64,000 bases of DNA from Myxococcota bacterium (GTDB lineage: Bacteria > Myxococcota_A > UBA796 > GCA-2862545), in contig JBCCQY010000014.1 in NCBI GenBank assembly GCA_039208735.1, forward strand, positions 1 to 64,000, in the 5' to 3' direction. The stretch's first letter is position 1. Every line of letters begins with the position of its first letter. The position numbers and the translations under genes are program-made. Shown in pieces: positions 1-9,096 of the stretch. The notes under the pieces were generated by a model. The model searched no databases. It saw only the letters and a program-made list of their open reading frames with translations, and had not been told where the DNA came from.

Positions 1-1
1 A

Positions 2-721
2 GCCGTTCAAGATCGTTGGGATGAACTTGTCGACTCAGACGAGACCCAAGACATGGATGAACTCGCCTCCGAGGTCTCATCGGCGCTTGAACAGTTGCAA
101 GCCGAGGTCGAAACTCGAGATTCGTGGTTAGATTCCCCGCCGGCGGGAGTGCCGACGAACGCCAGGGCGTGGGCCTCTGTGAAGGATCTGTGGTTGGTTG
201 TGACCCCAACTGGGCTTTGGCGAAGAGGACCGATTGCATCGCGTTCGCAGGTCTTTGCGCGCTGTGATGTGGAGCGTGCAACGCGACCGCCAAGGTGGAG
301 GGAGGCACGCCACCTGCCCCAACTGTCTCTGACCGGCACTTGGGCTCCCCGAGGCGTCACCCGAGGTCACGTGGGTCTTCTCAACGCCCAAGCGCAGCGG
401 GGGGTGACGCTGGGGCTGGCGTTGGTGTGGCGTCGCGCGGGAGCAAGCGAGGGAAGGCCTATCGCGGCTCAAGGCGGGACCGTGATCCAGGCCGGGCCTC
501 CCGCGCGTTCGGTCGAGCGTCGCTTGTGGCGGCGTCAACGAACCTATCGGCGCGCGCTCCGGGCCGATGTCGAGGCGCTGACTGGCCAATGGGAATCCTT
601 GATGCACGCTCCCGCGCCACGAGGGCCCTTGGCGGTGGCCCGGCATCGACTGGCGCTGGCCGAGGTCGAAGCCCTCATTGCGCTGCTCGCGGGGCAGCCC
701 TGTCTGACGAGGACCTCATGA
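2..721 (+). CDS. Hypothetical protein (5' truncated by window), C-terminus resembles a single OEP/TolC-like repeat
   Basis: Frame is open from position 2. The stop overlaps the next ATG (ATGA 718-721). The C-terminal pattern LPQLSL...GLALVW...coiled helix parallels the next gene. Confidence 0.6.
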   Translation, partial: AVQDRWDELVDSDETQDMDELASEVSSALEQLQAEVETRDSWLDSPPAGVPTNARAWASVKDLWLVVTPTGLWRRGPIASRSQVFARCDVERATRPPRWREARHLPQLSLTGTWAPRGVTRGHVGLLNAQAQRGVTLGLALVWRRAGASEGRPIAAQGGTVIQAGPPARSVERRLWRRQRTYRRALRADVEALTGQWESLMHAPAPRGPLAVARHRLALAEVEALIALLAGQPCLTRTS

Positions 722-1374
722 ACCTCTGCTGGCTCGCCCTCGCTTGGGGCGTTCCGCCCGAGCCCCCGATGCCTACCGTCACGCCGGCCGTTCCGGAGCC
801 TTCTGTCGATGAGGTGTTGGCCTCGTTCGATCGCGAGCCCACGGTGGCCGAGGTCCAAGGCTGGGCCAGTCGACACGCGGGTACCGATCCAGCACGGATC
901 GACCAGTGGCTGCGCCAGGCGTCCCGGTTCGCAGCCCTTCCGCGAACCACACTGGAGTGGCGATTCAATGATGGTACAGACCAATCCTTCAACTACTTCG
1001 ACGCCTTCGGAGATCCCTTGCTTCCCGGCGTGACGCCTGCCGGAATCATCGACCAAGCCTCCCTCGACCGCACCGCGAGCTACCGCATTCGACTCGATTG
1101 GGATTTGGGCGACCTCGTCATGAGTTCCGAGCGAATTCGTGTTCTCAACGAGGCGCAAGACCTGGTCGAGTTTCGCGACGAGTTGCTGACCGAGGTGACC
1201 CGGCTCTACTTCGAGCGCCGGCGCCTTCAGGTCGAGCAGCGACTCCGCCCCCCGGTCGACGTCGGCCAAGCGGCGCGGGAGGCGCTACGTCTCCAGGAAC
1301 TCACCGCCCGCCTTGATGCACTGACGGGAGGTGCCTTCGCCGCCGCACTTGCCCGTCGACCCAAAGGACAATGA
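718..1374 (+). CDS. Secreted protein with one TolC/OEP-like repeat
   Basis: ATG 718 is coupled to the upstream stop. Short signal peptide and Pro-rich linker, then AALPRTTLEW...RIRLDWDLGDL...EVTRLYFERRRLQ...ARLDALTGG. Confidence 0.65.
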   Translation: MNLCWLALAWGVPPEPPMPTVTPAVPEPSVDEVLASFDREPTVAEVQGWASRHAGTDPARIDQWLRQASRFAALPRTTLEWRFNDGTDQSFNYFDAFGDPLLPGVTPAGIIDQASLDRTASYRIRLDWDLGDLVMSSERIRVLNEAQDLVEFRDELLTEVTRLYFERRRLQVEQRLRPPVDVGQAAREALRLQELTARLDALTGGAFAAALARRPKGQ

Positions 1375-1377
1375 GAC

Positions 1378-2907
1378 ATGCAGCACCAGACCATCTGGAT
1401 CCTGGACTTTGGAAGCCAGTACACCCAGCTCATCGCTCGACGGGTTCGTGAGCTCGGCGTCTTCTGCGAGATTCGACCCTGTACCGACCCGGCCCCCGAG
1501 GCCTATCCGCCCGAACTCGTCGGCTTGGTGCTCTCTGGGGGTCCTGCGAGTGTGCTTGGCGCCGACGCCCCTCCCTTCGACGCGCGATGGCTCGAGGTCG
1601 AATGCCCGGTGCTGGGGGTTTGCTACGGCATGCAGTGGCTCGTCCAGCACCTTGGGGGCGAAGTCCAGCACGGCAAGGCCCGGGAATATGGGCTCGCCCA
1701 CGTCGATCCCGAACCTGGCATCAGCGACCTTTTCGCCGAATTCACCCCCGGCTCTGCGGTCTGGATGAGTCACGGCGATCACGTTGCAGTGCTGCCGAGT
1801 AGGTTCCGGGTGGCCGCTCGGTCTGGCGACATCATTGCCGCCATGGTCTCTGAAGATGGACGGACGGTGGGCCTTCAGTTCCACCCTGAGGTCACCCACA
1901 CAGTCCATGGGCGTGACCTGATTCGCCGCTTTGTAAAAGGTGTTTGTGGAGCCATCGGCGACTGGACGACCGGGTCGTTCATCGATGAACAGGTTGCGAG
2001 CATGCGCGAGCGCATTGGCTCGAACACCGTGATTTGCGGGCTATCGGGCGGGGTGGACTCTTCGGTCACCGCCACGCTCCTGCACCGGGCCATTGCAGAC
2101 CAGCTGGTGTGCATCTTTGTCGACAACGGGCTGCTGCGCGAGGGCGAAGCCGAGGCCGTACGTCAGGAGTTTTCTGAATTCCAGCTTCGCGTGGTCGATG
2201 CCGCCGACATCTTTCTCGATGCGTTGGCCGGCGTCACCGATCCAGAGCGCAAGCGCAAAATCATCGGAGCCAAGTTCATCGAGGTGTTCGAGGCCGAAGC
2301 GAAGACCTTGCCAAACGCCACGTACCTGGCCCAAGGCACGCTTTACCCCGACGTGATCGAGTCGGTGAGCGTTCGCGGGCCGTCTGCCACGATCAAGAGT
2401 CACCACAACGTGGGCGGGTTGCCCGAGCGTATGGAGTTGTCGCTTGTGGAGCCCCTGCGGGAGCTTTTCAAGGATGAGGTCAGGGCTGTCGGAGAGGCCC
2501 TTGGCATGTCTGAGGGCCGCGTGTGGAGGCAGCCCTTCCCCGGGCCGGGGCTTGCCGTGCGGTGCCTCGGTGAGGTCACCCGAGAGCGTCTGGCGACCTT
2601 GCGAAGGGCCGATGCGATCGTCCGCCATGAGATTGCGGAGGCGGGCCTCGAGCGCTCCATTTGGCAGTCCTTCGTCGTGCTCTTGCCCGTACGGAGCGTT
2701 GGCGTGATGGGCGACGAACGAACCTACGAGGAGGCCGCCGTGATCCGGGCGGTCCATTCCGTCGACGGTATGACGGCGGACTGGGTCGATCTGCCCGCGC
2801 CTTTGCTGGGTCGCATGTCGAACCGCATCATCAACGAGGTCAAAGGGATCAACCGCGTGGCCTACGACATCTCGTCGAAGCCGCCGGGGACGATCGAGTG
2901 GGAATGA
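1378..2907 (+). CDS. guaA: GMP synthase (glutamine-hydrolyzing)
   Basis: Motifs ILDFGSQYTQLIARRVRE, GVCYGMQ, QFHPEV, SGGVDSSV, IKSHHNVGGLP and C-terminal KPPGTIEWE. Confidence 0.99.
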   Translation: MQHQTIWILDFGSQYTQLIARRVRELGVFCEIRPCTDPAPEAYPPELVGLVLSGGPASVLGADAPPFDARWLEVECPVLGVCYGMQWLVQHLGGEVQHGKAREYGLAHVDPEPGISDLFAEFTPGSAVWMSHGDHVAVLPSRFRVAARSGDIIAAMVSEDGRTVGLQFHPEVTHTVHGRDLIRRFVKGVCGAIGDWTTGSFIDEQVASMRERIGSNTVICGLSGGVDSSVTATLLHRAIADQLVCIFVDNGLLREGEAEAVRQEFSEFQLRVVDAADIFLDALAGVTDPERKRKIIGAKFIEVFEAEAKTLPNATYLAQGTLYPDVIESVSVRGPSATIKSHHNVGGLPERMELSLVEPLRELFKDEVRAVGEALGMSEGRVWRQPFPGPGLAVRCLGEVTRERLATLRRADAIVRHEIAEAGLERSIWQSFVVLLPVRSVGVMGDERTYEEAAVIRAVHSVDGMTADWVDLPAPLLGRMSNRIINEVKGINRVAYDISSKPPGTIEWE

Positions 2908-2919
2908 GAGCCGAAGGCC

Positions 2920-3672
2920 TCACTCCCACGTGTCGAGGTCGCTCGCCCGTCGCACCGCCACTCCGGTTCGCTTGACCGTCGCCACGGCATCGGTCGGGTT
3001 CGTTCCCGGGTAGAAGTGGGTGAGCCACACTTCAAGAGGCTTTGCCGCGTCCACGATCGTGGCGACCGCCGAGGGGTTCAGATGACCCTCGATGGGGGCC
3101 TCATCCGACGCAGCGCATTCGCAAACGAGCAGATCGGCGTCCCGAGCTAGCTCTGCCAGATGCTCGCTCGGCCCCGTGTCCCCCGAAAAGACGACCGCCC
3201 GTCCGTCCGCCTCGAGCCGCAAGTGCAGGGCCGAGGCAGAGTGGTTAGCCGGGCGGGTGCGGAGGATCATCCCATCCAAATCGACTTCGTCGGGGCCATC
3301 GAGCGAAAGCTCATGGATGCGCACGGAGCCCTCACCGGGCTCGATCCATTTACCCCAAGCGCCCGTCAACTTATCGAAGAACGCTGCAAATCCCTTGCCG
3401 GCATAGATCGGGTAGTCCGTCGCCCGCGCCGGAGGTCCCACCCGCATGGAGAAGAGCAGGGGAACGAGGTCTGCACAGTGGTCCGGGTGGTAGTGCGAAT
3501 ACAGTCCACCCGCGAGGGTCCGAGGATCGACACCGGCTTTTGCGCATCGTTGGAGGGTCCCACTGCCGCCGTCGATCAAGAAGGCACGGGCGCCTACCTC
3601 GACGAGCAGACCGCAGGGGCCACGTTGGGGGTCGGGAACGGATGTACCAGAACCGAGAACGGTGAGCCGCAT
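2920..3672 (-). CDS. MBL-fold metallo-hydrolase, RNase Z/BN-like
   Basis: MRLTVLGSG start, SHYHPDH metal motif, FSGDT, GHL and LTHFYP. Confidence 0.9.
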   Translation of the reverse strand: MRLTVLGSGTSVPDPQRGPCGLLVEVGARAFLIDGGSGTLQRCAKAGVDPRTLAGGLYSHYHPDHCADLVPLLFSMRVGPPARATDYPIYAGKGFAAFFDKLTGAWGKWIEPGEGSVRIHELSLDGPDEVDLDGMILRTRPANHSASALHLRLEADGRAVVFSGDTGPSEHLAELARDADLLVCECAASDEAPIEGHLNPSAVATIVDAAKPLEVWLTHFYPGTNPTDAVATVKRTGVAVRRASDLDTWE

Positions 3673-3679
3673 CGCGCCA

Positions 3680-4501
3680 CTATAGCTCCTCTACGCCGAG
3701 TCCCAACCAGTGGGAGGCTTCGTCGAGAAGGGCTTGCTGAAGCTGCTCGATCAGGTCTTCGGGGGTCGGCGCCCGAGCGAGGTTCCTCGCAAACAGCCGG
3801 ATGCTTTTGGGCCGCTCAGTCCACGGATCTCCGTCCTCGGGAGGATCCCCCACATGGAGCGCCGCGATGGTGGGGGGGAGGGGAGGATCGTGGGCTTGGA
3901 GTTCTTCTAGACCTGGAAGGTCGTCAATGGCGAACGGAAGGTTGCTGTAGAAGGCGTGCAGTCGCTCGGGCAAACGAGCCACCGCAGCGGCAACCAGATC
4001 TTGCCAGTCGGTGTGGGACAAATCCCGAGGCAAGGGAAAGCGCTTCGGTGAAAGCTGGTAGGCAGCCATCTGCTCGTTCAGCGACTCCCTAGATTGGCCG
4101 GGAATTCGCTCCAGGGCCAGCCCTAGGTAGTAGTGCGCTTCGGCCTGGTCGGGCTCCATCCGGATGATCTCCCGGAGGGTCTCGATGGCCAACTGCAGAT
4201 CACAGGTTTGGAAACCGGCGATGCCCAAGCCAAGGAGGGAATCGACGTCGCCTCCGTCGATCGCGACGCGTTGGCGGAACGTCTTCAACGCAAGCTCGTA
4301 GTCGGCCAGCTCAAGGAGGGCTTCGCCGAGCAGGAAGAGCGCCTCGTTGTGTTGCGGGGCTTCGTCGAGCAGTTCTTCGGCTTCCTGGACGGCGGCTTCG
4401 AACTCTCCGTCCGTCAACGCCTTGCGGACCCGCTGCAGACGGAGGTCTTGGCCTAGATCGGGGTCGAGGCGCCACACGCCCCCCGGCAACTCGTCGTCCA
4501 T
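3680..4501 (-). CDS. TPR protein with C-terminal minimal zincin (DUF1025-like) domain, degenerate metal site
   Basis: TPR helices (AEAHYYLGLALE), then a zincin-like segment PKSIRLFARNL...LLDEASHWLGL. Confidence 0.75.
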   Translation of the reverse strand: MDDELPGGVWRLDPDLGQDLRLQRVRKALTDGEFEAAVQEAEELLDEAPQHNEALFLLGEALLELADYELALKTFRQRVAIDGGDVDSLLGLGIAGFQTCDLQLAIETLREIIRMEPDQAEAHYYLGLALERIPGQSRESLNEQMAAYQLSPKRFPLPRDLSHTDWQDLVAAAVARLPERLHAFYSNLPFAIDDLPGLEELQAHDPPLPPTIAALHVGDPPEDGDPWTERPKSIRLFARNLARAPTPEDLIEQLQQALLDEASHWLGLGVEEL

Positions 4502-4502
4502 C

Positions 4503-5297
4503 TCAGCCGCCGAACAGACGTGCGAGACACCCCGGGTTCTCGGTCTTCTGGAGGTTGCCTTCGGCACTCGAGCGCGCGTATTGGCGCGGGGTCGGCAATC
4601 CCCCTCGGAGTGCGATCGAGAAGTGGGCGAACTCGGCGATGTCCTTGCACAGATCGATGTCCGAGATCATCCACTGTTCAAAATTCGCCTCTTCGGCATC
4701 GGTGGCCATGCGGCCCGACTCGTACAGCGGAAGGGGCGCCCGGTCGAGGTTGGGCTCGCTTGGCGCCACCTCGAAGGGCACGGACGCGTTGTCGCGAAGC
4801 CACTGCTTGACCCGGTACCGAGCCTTCAGCACGCCAAGCGGATTGCCACCGAGCGGAGCTGCGAGTTGCTCGACCTCCTGGTCGCTCGCTTTGCGCCCGT
4901 ACGTCGCCTCGAGCAGGCGGACCTCGGCGGGAAGGGCCTCTCGGGCGCGACACAGCAAGTCCTTTGGCGACTGCTCGCCCGTATAGGCATTCGGCTCATC
5001 GCCATCCATCACCCGCATGCCTGCATTCTCGAGTTCGTTCAGCACGATCTCGTGGGCCCAAGGCACCAACATGCGGGGCTCCGTGACGTTGACGATGCCT
5101 TCGCCAAACAGCTTGCAAGCTTCATCACACGGACCTCGGCCTTTGCTCTCGCCGAGCCGCGATGTGGTGATCGCGTAGTACCAGTCCGCAAATCGCTGCG
5201 CCATCGCCTGCCCGGCGTCCGCATCGCCCTGACGCCAGTCATTGAAGAGCTGGGTCGTGTTTCGTTTGTCCGTTTCGGACATATTCTGCTGCTCCAT
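4503..5297 (-). CDS. Divergent ECF sigma-like protein with fused anti-sigma-like C-terminal domain
   Basis: TQLFNDWRQGDADA resembles an ECF N-terminus. Sigma4-like segment LKARYRVKQWL and zf-HC2-like segment LPLYESGRM...FEQWMISDIDLC. Start could be 5282. Confidence 0.55.
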   Translation of the reverse strand: MEQQNMSETDKRNTTQLFNDWRQGDADAGQAMAQRFADWYYAITTSRLGESKGRGPCDEACKLFGEGIVNVTEPRMLVPWAHEIVLNELENAGMRVMDGDEPNAYTGEQSPKDLLCRAREALPAEVRLLEATYGRKASDQEVEQLAAPLGGNPLGVLKARYRVKQWLRDNASVPFEVAPSEPNLDRAPLPLYESGRMATDAEEANFEQWMISDIDLCKDIAEFAHFSIALRGGLPTPRQYARSSAEGNLQKTENPGCLARLFGG

Positions 5298-5356
5298 CAG
5301 CGCCGGGCTCCTCTCGCGGCCGATGGTACGGTCGCCCATCGGCAAAAGGCAAGCCG

Positions 5357-6037
5357 TCAGTCATGCGGTCGAGCCCGCACCGACGTAAGCAACCGCCCCT
5401 GAAACCACTCGTAGCGCGCTTCGATGGCAAACGGGCCCTCGCTGTGGACGAGGTTCAACCGGATGTGGGCACCACCCTCGAGATCAGGCGTAACCTCGGC
5501 TTCTTTGAAGTCGATGTAACGGCGGACATGCGGGTTGAGCGCCTTGTAGATCGATTCCTTGATTGAAAACCTAGTCAGCAGCGCGATCCAACGACGATCC
5601 TCGGGCAGTTGTCGAATCGTTTCTTGTTCCGCTTCGGTCAGGATGGCCGAGGCGATGTTGAGCCGGGTGGGGGCGTATTCTTCGAGGTCGACCCCCAAGG
5701 TTCCGTTTCGGGATTGCCCCACCATGCCGATGGCGAGGGTCCGTTTGTGGGAAATCGACCCTGTGACATGCCCAGGAAGCTTGGGAGCGCCAAGTTCAGT
5801 GGGCAAAATCGCCGGAGGGTCATCGCCGAGTTGCACACAGGCGGTTCGAAGGGCTAACCGTCCCCCAACAAAGGACACTTGACGATACGCTCGCAAGGAC
5901 CGGGCGTACGTTGCCTCTTCCGCTGGCAGACGGGCGAGCACCCGTTCAGGAACTGGGTCGCTCGAATCCGGAATGTGGACAGCGGTCAACACCCCATGGG
6001 GCGTGGCATGTTGGAAGGCGATGTCGAAGGGGCTCAA
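5357..6037 (-). CDS. 4'-phosphopantetheinyl transferase (EntD/Sfp type)
   Basis: Motifs FVGGRLALR, GSISHK, GVDLE and FSIKESIYKA. Confidence 0.92.
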   Translation of the reverse strand: MSPFDIAFQHATPHGVLTAVHIPDSSDPVPERVLARLPAEEATYARSLRAYRQVSFVGGRLALRTACVQLGDDPPAILPTELGAPKLPGHVTGSISHKRTLAIGMVGQSRNGTLGVDLEEYAPTRLNIASAILTEAEQETIRQLPEDRRWIALLTRFSIKESIYKALNPHVRRYIDFKEAEVTPDLEGGAHIRLNLVHSEGPFAIEARYEWFQGRLLTSVRARPHD

Positions 6038-6128
6038 GGTGCGTACCTTTATCCCGAGGGGCCACTTGGGGCCCGGGTTGCGATAGACGGCCGACGGACC
6101 TAGGGAAGCAGCAAGAAGGAGTCACGAA

Positions 6129-9032
6129 TTGGGTAAGCGTCTAGTGATCACCGAGAAACCTAGCGTCGCGCGTGACATCGCAGCGGCGCTTGGGGGCTTC
6201 ACCGAAGGTGAGGAGTCCTTCGAGAGCGAGGACTTCGTGGTCACGTGGGCCGTCGGCCACCTCCTCGAGCTCGCAGAGCCAAAGGAGTACGACGACAAAT
6301 GGAAGTCGTGGTCGATCAAGTTGCTTCCCATCCTGCCCGAGGCGTTTCAGATCAAGCCGAAGGACGGGCACAAGAAGCGGCTGGCCTACATCAAGAAGCT
6401 CGGCAAGCAAAAGGACACGACCGGCGTGATCAACGCCTGTGATGCCGGTCGCGAAGGCGAGCTGATCTTCCGTCGGATCGTGGAGTATTGCGAGCTGTTG
6501 GACTTGCCTCAAGAGCGTTTGTGGCTGCAGTCCATGACGAAGCAAGCGATCCGCGATGCGTTCGACAGCCTTCGTCCAGGAACGGAACTCGACAACCTCG
6601 CGGACGCCGCGTACCTGCGATCGGTTGGCGACTGGCTGGTTGGCATGAACGCCACCCGGGCACTCACCCAGCGTCTGAAGTCGGGCCGAGTCAGCCAATC
6701 GTGGTCTGCCGGCCGAGTCCAAACGCCGACCCTCAACCTCATCGTGCGTCGCGAGCGTGAGATCCTCGCCCATGAGCCACGTCCCTACTGGGAACTCTTG
6801 GCCGACTTCACGCACTCCGAAGGGGACGGTCACGAGTGGCAAGGCCGGTACCACGATGCGGAGGCGGCCAAGGCCTCTGACGACAAGGAAATGAAGCCTA
6901 CGCGCCTGTTTGACCGGGCGCTGGTCGATAAGCTCATGGCCGAACTCGTGAATGCGAAGGTCGGAAAGGCCAGTGAGAAGCGAAAGAAGTCCAAGCAGAA
7001 GCCCCCGCTGCCGTTCGACCTGACTTCACTCCAGCGAGAAGCCAACAGCCGCTACGGCATCTCCGCAAAGCGGACGCTCGCCGCGGCCCAGCGTCTGTAC
7101 GAGGGTCTCAAGGTCATCACCTACCCGCGTACAGATTCTCGCCATCTTCCCGATGACTACGGCCCCGTGGTCGATCAGTTGCTGACGGAACTCCAAGGCT
7201 TGCCCAAAGGCGATTGGGCAGAGCATGCCGACATCGCAGCACGAATCCAGGCCGCGGGACCAGAAAATCTCGGCAAAGTGCTCGATTCGAGCAAGGTCAC
7301 CGACCACAACGCCATCGTGCCGACCGGCAATCCCCTGACCGAGCCTCTCAACGGCGACAACCTAAGGGTCTTCGACCTCGTGGTGCGGCAGTTCCTCGCG
7401 TCGCTGATGGGTCCCGCCACGTGGGCCACCGTCGAACGGTTCGTGGCGATGGACGTAGGTGAGGTGCTGGGCGGCAAGCCGGCTCGCTTCCGGACCACGG
7501 CGCGGAGCCTCGAAGTTGCAGGCTTTCTTGAGGCGCTCGGCAAGACTGAGGGCGATGGAACGCAGCTGCCCGCCCTCATGCCGGGCCACGACGAAGCCAA
7601 CGATGTGCAAGTCCAGCACGACCAAACGGTGGTCGAGGACAAAGAGACCCGGCCGCCTGGACGATTCTCGGAAGCACAGTTGCTCCGAATGATGGAGACC
7701 GCGGGCGAGCAGCTCGACGACGACGAGCTTTCCGATGCCATGAAAGAGCGCGGACTCGGCACGCCGGCCACGCGCGCGGATACCATCGAAGGCCTGATCC
7801 GAAAGCAGTACGTCAACCGCATCAGCAGCAAACTCACTCCCACCGCCAAGGCCATGCGCCTCATCGACGTGCTGGAACGAGTCGACGTGGACGGCCTCGC
7901 GAGCCCGCGTCTGACGGGGGAATGGGAGCATGCGCTGCACGAGGTAGCGAACGGCGAACGGTCGCGGTCCGACGTCGAGAAAGCCCTGTACCAGTACACT
8001 GAAACGATCACGAAGTCGCTCACGGACTTCGAGTACGAAGAACTCTACGAGACCGAAGCGCCCATCGGAACGTGCCCCGAGTGCGGGGGACGCGTGTACG
8101 AGCAGGTTCGGGGCTACATCTGTGAGAACAACCAAGGCAAGGACCAAGGTTGCCCCTTTATTCTTTGGAAGGAACGCTACAACCGCTACATCGATCGGCG
8201 GTTGGCCATCGCGGTCTTCAACGCGCCCGAACACTCGTATGGACCCGTACTGTGGTTCAAGGACCTCCAGGGCACGCAGTTCCTTGACGGGAATGTCAAG
8301 CTTGAACGCGTGATCAAGGAGGTTGAGGGCAAGGACGACAAGATCGACTGGGTGCTCCAAGTCGACCTTGGCAAGGGCGAGAAAAACACCGACCCCGAGG
8401 AGGTGATTTCCGCCGAGGCGTTCCCGTGCCCTGGAGAGCACGAAGGCTGCGAGTCCTGCGTCGTCGTGGAGACCACGCACCGTTGGGTGTGCCGCTGCGT
8501 TTACGACGGCAAGCAAAAGACGGGGCCTGTGCTCCCCCGCAAGGTCTGCCAGCGCGAGATGGAAGACCATGAGGCAGCGGCGTTCTTTGGAGAGGCTGCG
8601 AAGACCGAACTCATCGAAGACTTTATCTCCAAGCGCGGAAACCTCTTCAAGGCCTTCCTCTACCGAAAAGAAACCGGCAAGCACGGCTTCGAGTTCCTGC
8701 CGCGCGGGGGGGACAAGAAGAAGGACGAAGCGGGCGAGGCCAAGCCGAAACGAAAGTCGACGGCCAAGAAGTCGACGGCGAAGAAGTCGGCGCCGCGGAA
8801 GTCTGCGGCCAGCGCAAGCTCCGCCAAGAAATCGACGTCGCCGAAGAAGACCAAGCGGACGACGAGCAAGAAAGCGGCCGATGCAGATGCACCCCGCACG
8901 CGAACGCCGCCGCCGAGCCGGGATTCGGATAGCAAGAAGGCGACGCGTCGCAGGTTGCGAACGTCTTCCCGGTCGGGGCCATCGTCAAAGACCACGGCCG
9001 TCAGTCGCATCGGCAAGAACCCGAATTCGTGA
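6129..9032 (+). CDS. topB: Type IA DNA topoisomerase (topoisomerase III-like) with C-terminal Cys repeats and Lys-rich tail
   Basis: Motifs ITEKPSVA, NACDAGREGELIF, SAGRVQTPTL, catalytic ITYPRTDS and GLGTPATRA, followed by C-terminal repeats. Confidence 0.9.
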   Translation: MGKRLVITEKPSVARDIAAALGGFTEGEESFESEDFVVTWAVGHLLELAEPKEYDDKWKSWSIKLLPILPEAFQIKPKDGHKKRLAYIKKLGKQKDTTGVINACDAGREGELIFRRIVEYCELLDLPQERLWLQSMTKQAIRDAFDSLRPGTELDNLADAAYLRSVGDWLVGMNATRALTQRLKSGRVSQSWSAGRVQTPTLNLIVRREREILAHEPRPYWELLADFTHSEGDGHEWQGRYHDAEAAKASDDKEMKPTRLFDRALVDKLMAELVNAKVGKASEKRKKSKQKPPLPFDLTSLQREANSRYGISAKRTLAAAQRLYEGLKVITYPRTDSRHLPDDYGPVVDQLLTELQGLPKGDWAEHADIAARIQAAGPENLGKVLDSSKVTDHNAIVPTGNPLTEPLNGDNLRVFDLVVRQFLASLMGPATWATVERFVAMDVGEVLGGKPARFRTTARSLEVAGFLEALGKTEGDGTQLPALMPGHDEANDVQVQHDQTVVEDKETRPPGRFSEAQLLRMMETAGEQLDDDELSDAMKERGLGTPATRADTIEGLIRKQYVNRISSKLTPTAKAMRLIDVLERVDVDGLASPRLTGEWEHALHEVANGERSRSDVEKALYQYTETITKSLTDFEYEELYETEAPIGTCPECGGRVYEQVRGYICENNQGKDQGCPFILWKERYNRYIDRRLAIAVFNAPEHSYGPVLWFKDLQGTQFLDGNVKLERVIKEVEGKDDKIDWVLQVDLGKGEKNTDPEEVISAEAFPCPGEHEGCESCVVVETTHRWVCRCVYDGKQKTGPVLPRKVCQREMEDHEAAAFFGEAAKTELIEDFISKRGNLFKAFLYRKETGKHGFEFLPRGGDKKKDEAGEAKPKRKSTAKKSTAKKSAPRKSAASASSAKKSTSPKKTKRTTSKKAADADAPRTRTPPPSRDSDSKKATRRRLRTSSRSGPSSKTTAVSRIGKNPNS
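8753..8860 (+). repeat. Degenerate 15-bp coding repeats (KKSTA-like) in the topoisomerase tail
   Basis: aagtcgacggccaag aagtcgacggcgaag aagtcggcgccgcgg aagtctgcg... encodes KSTAKKSTAKKSAPRKSAA. Confidence 0.8.
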
Positions 9033-9096
9033 GCCCCCCGCTCGGTCGTGGTCGCGATACGTCCCGACCGGGCAGCGAACGAGCCCAGAAGGAGCC

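Noticed and set aside
7362..8684. Long antisense ORFs (e.g. 440 aa opposite topB, also 10540-11649, 42729-44162, 52471-53616)
   Set aside because: Expected shadow ORFs in high-GC DNA opposite well-supported genes, with no motifs.
8569..9096. ORF-track N-terminal extension of the 1192-aa ORF overlapping topB
   Set aside because: Arg-rich shadow frame. A better start with an AGGAG RBS is at 9097.
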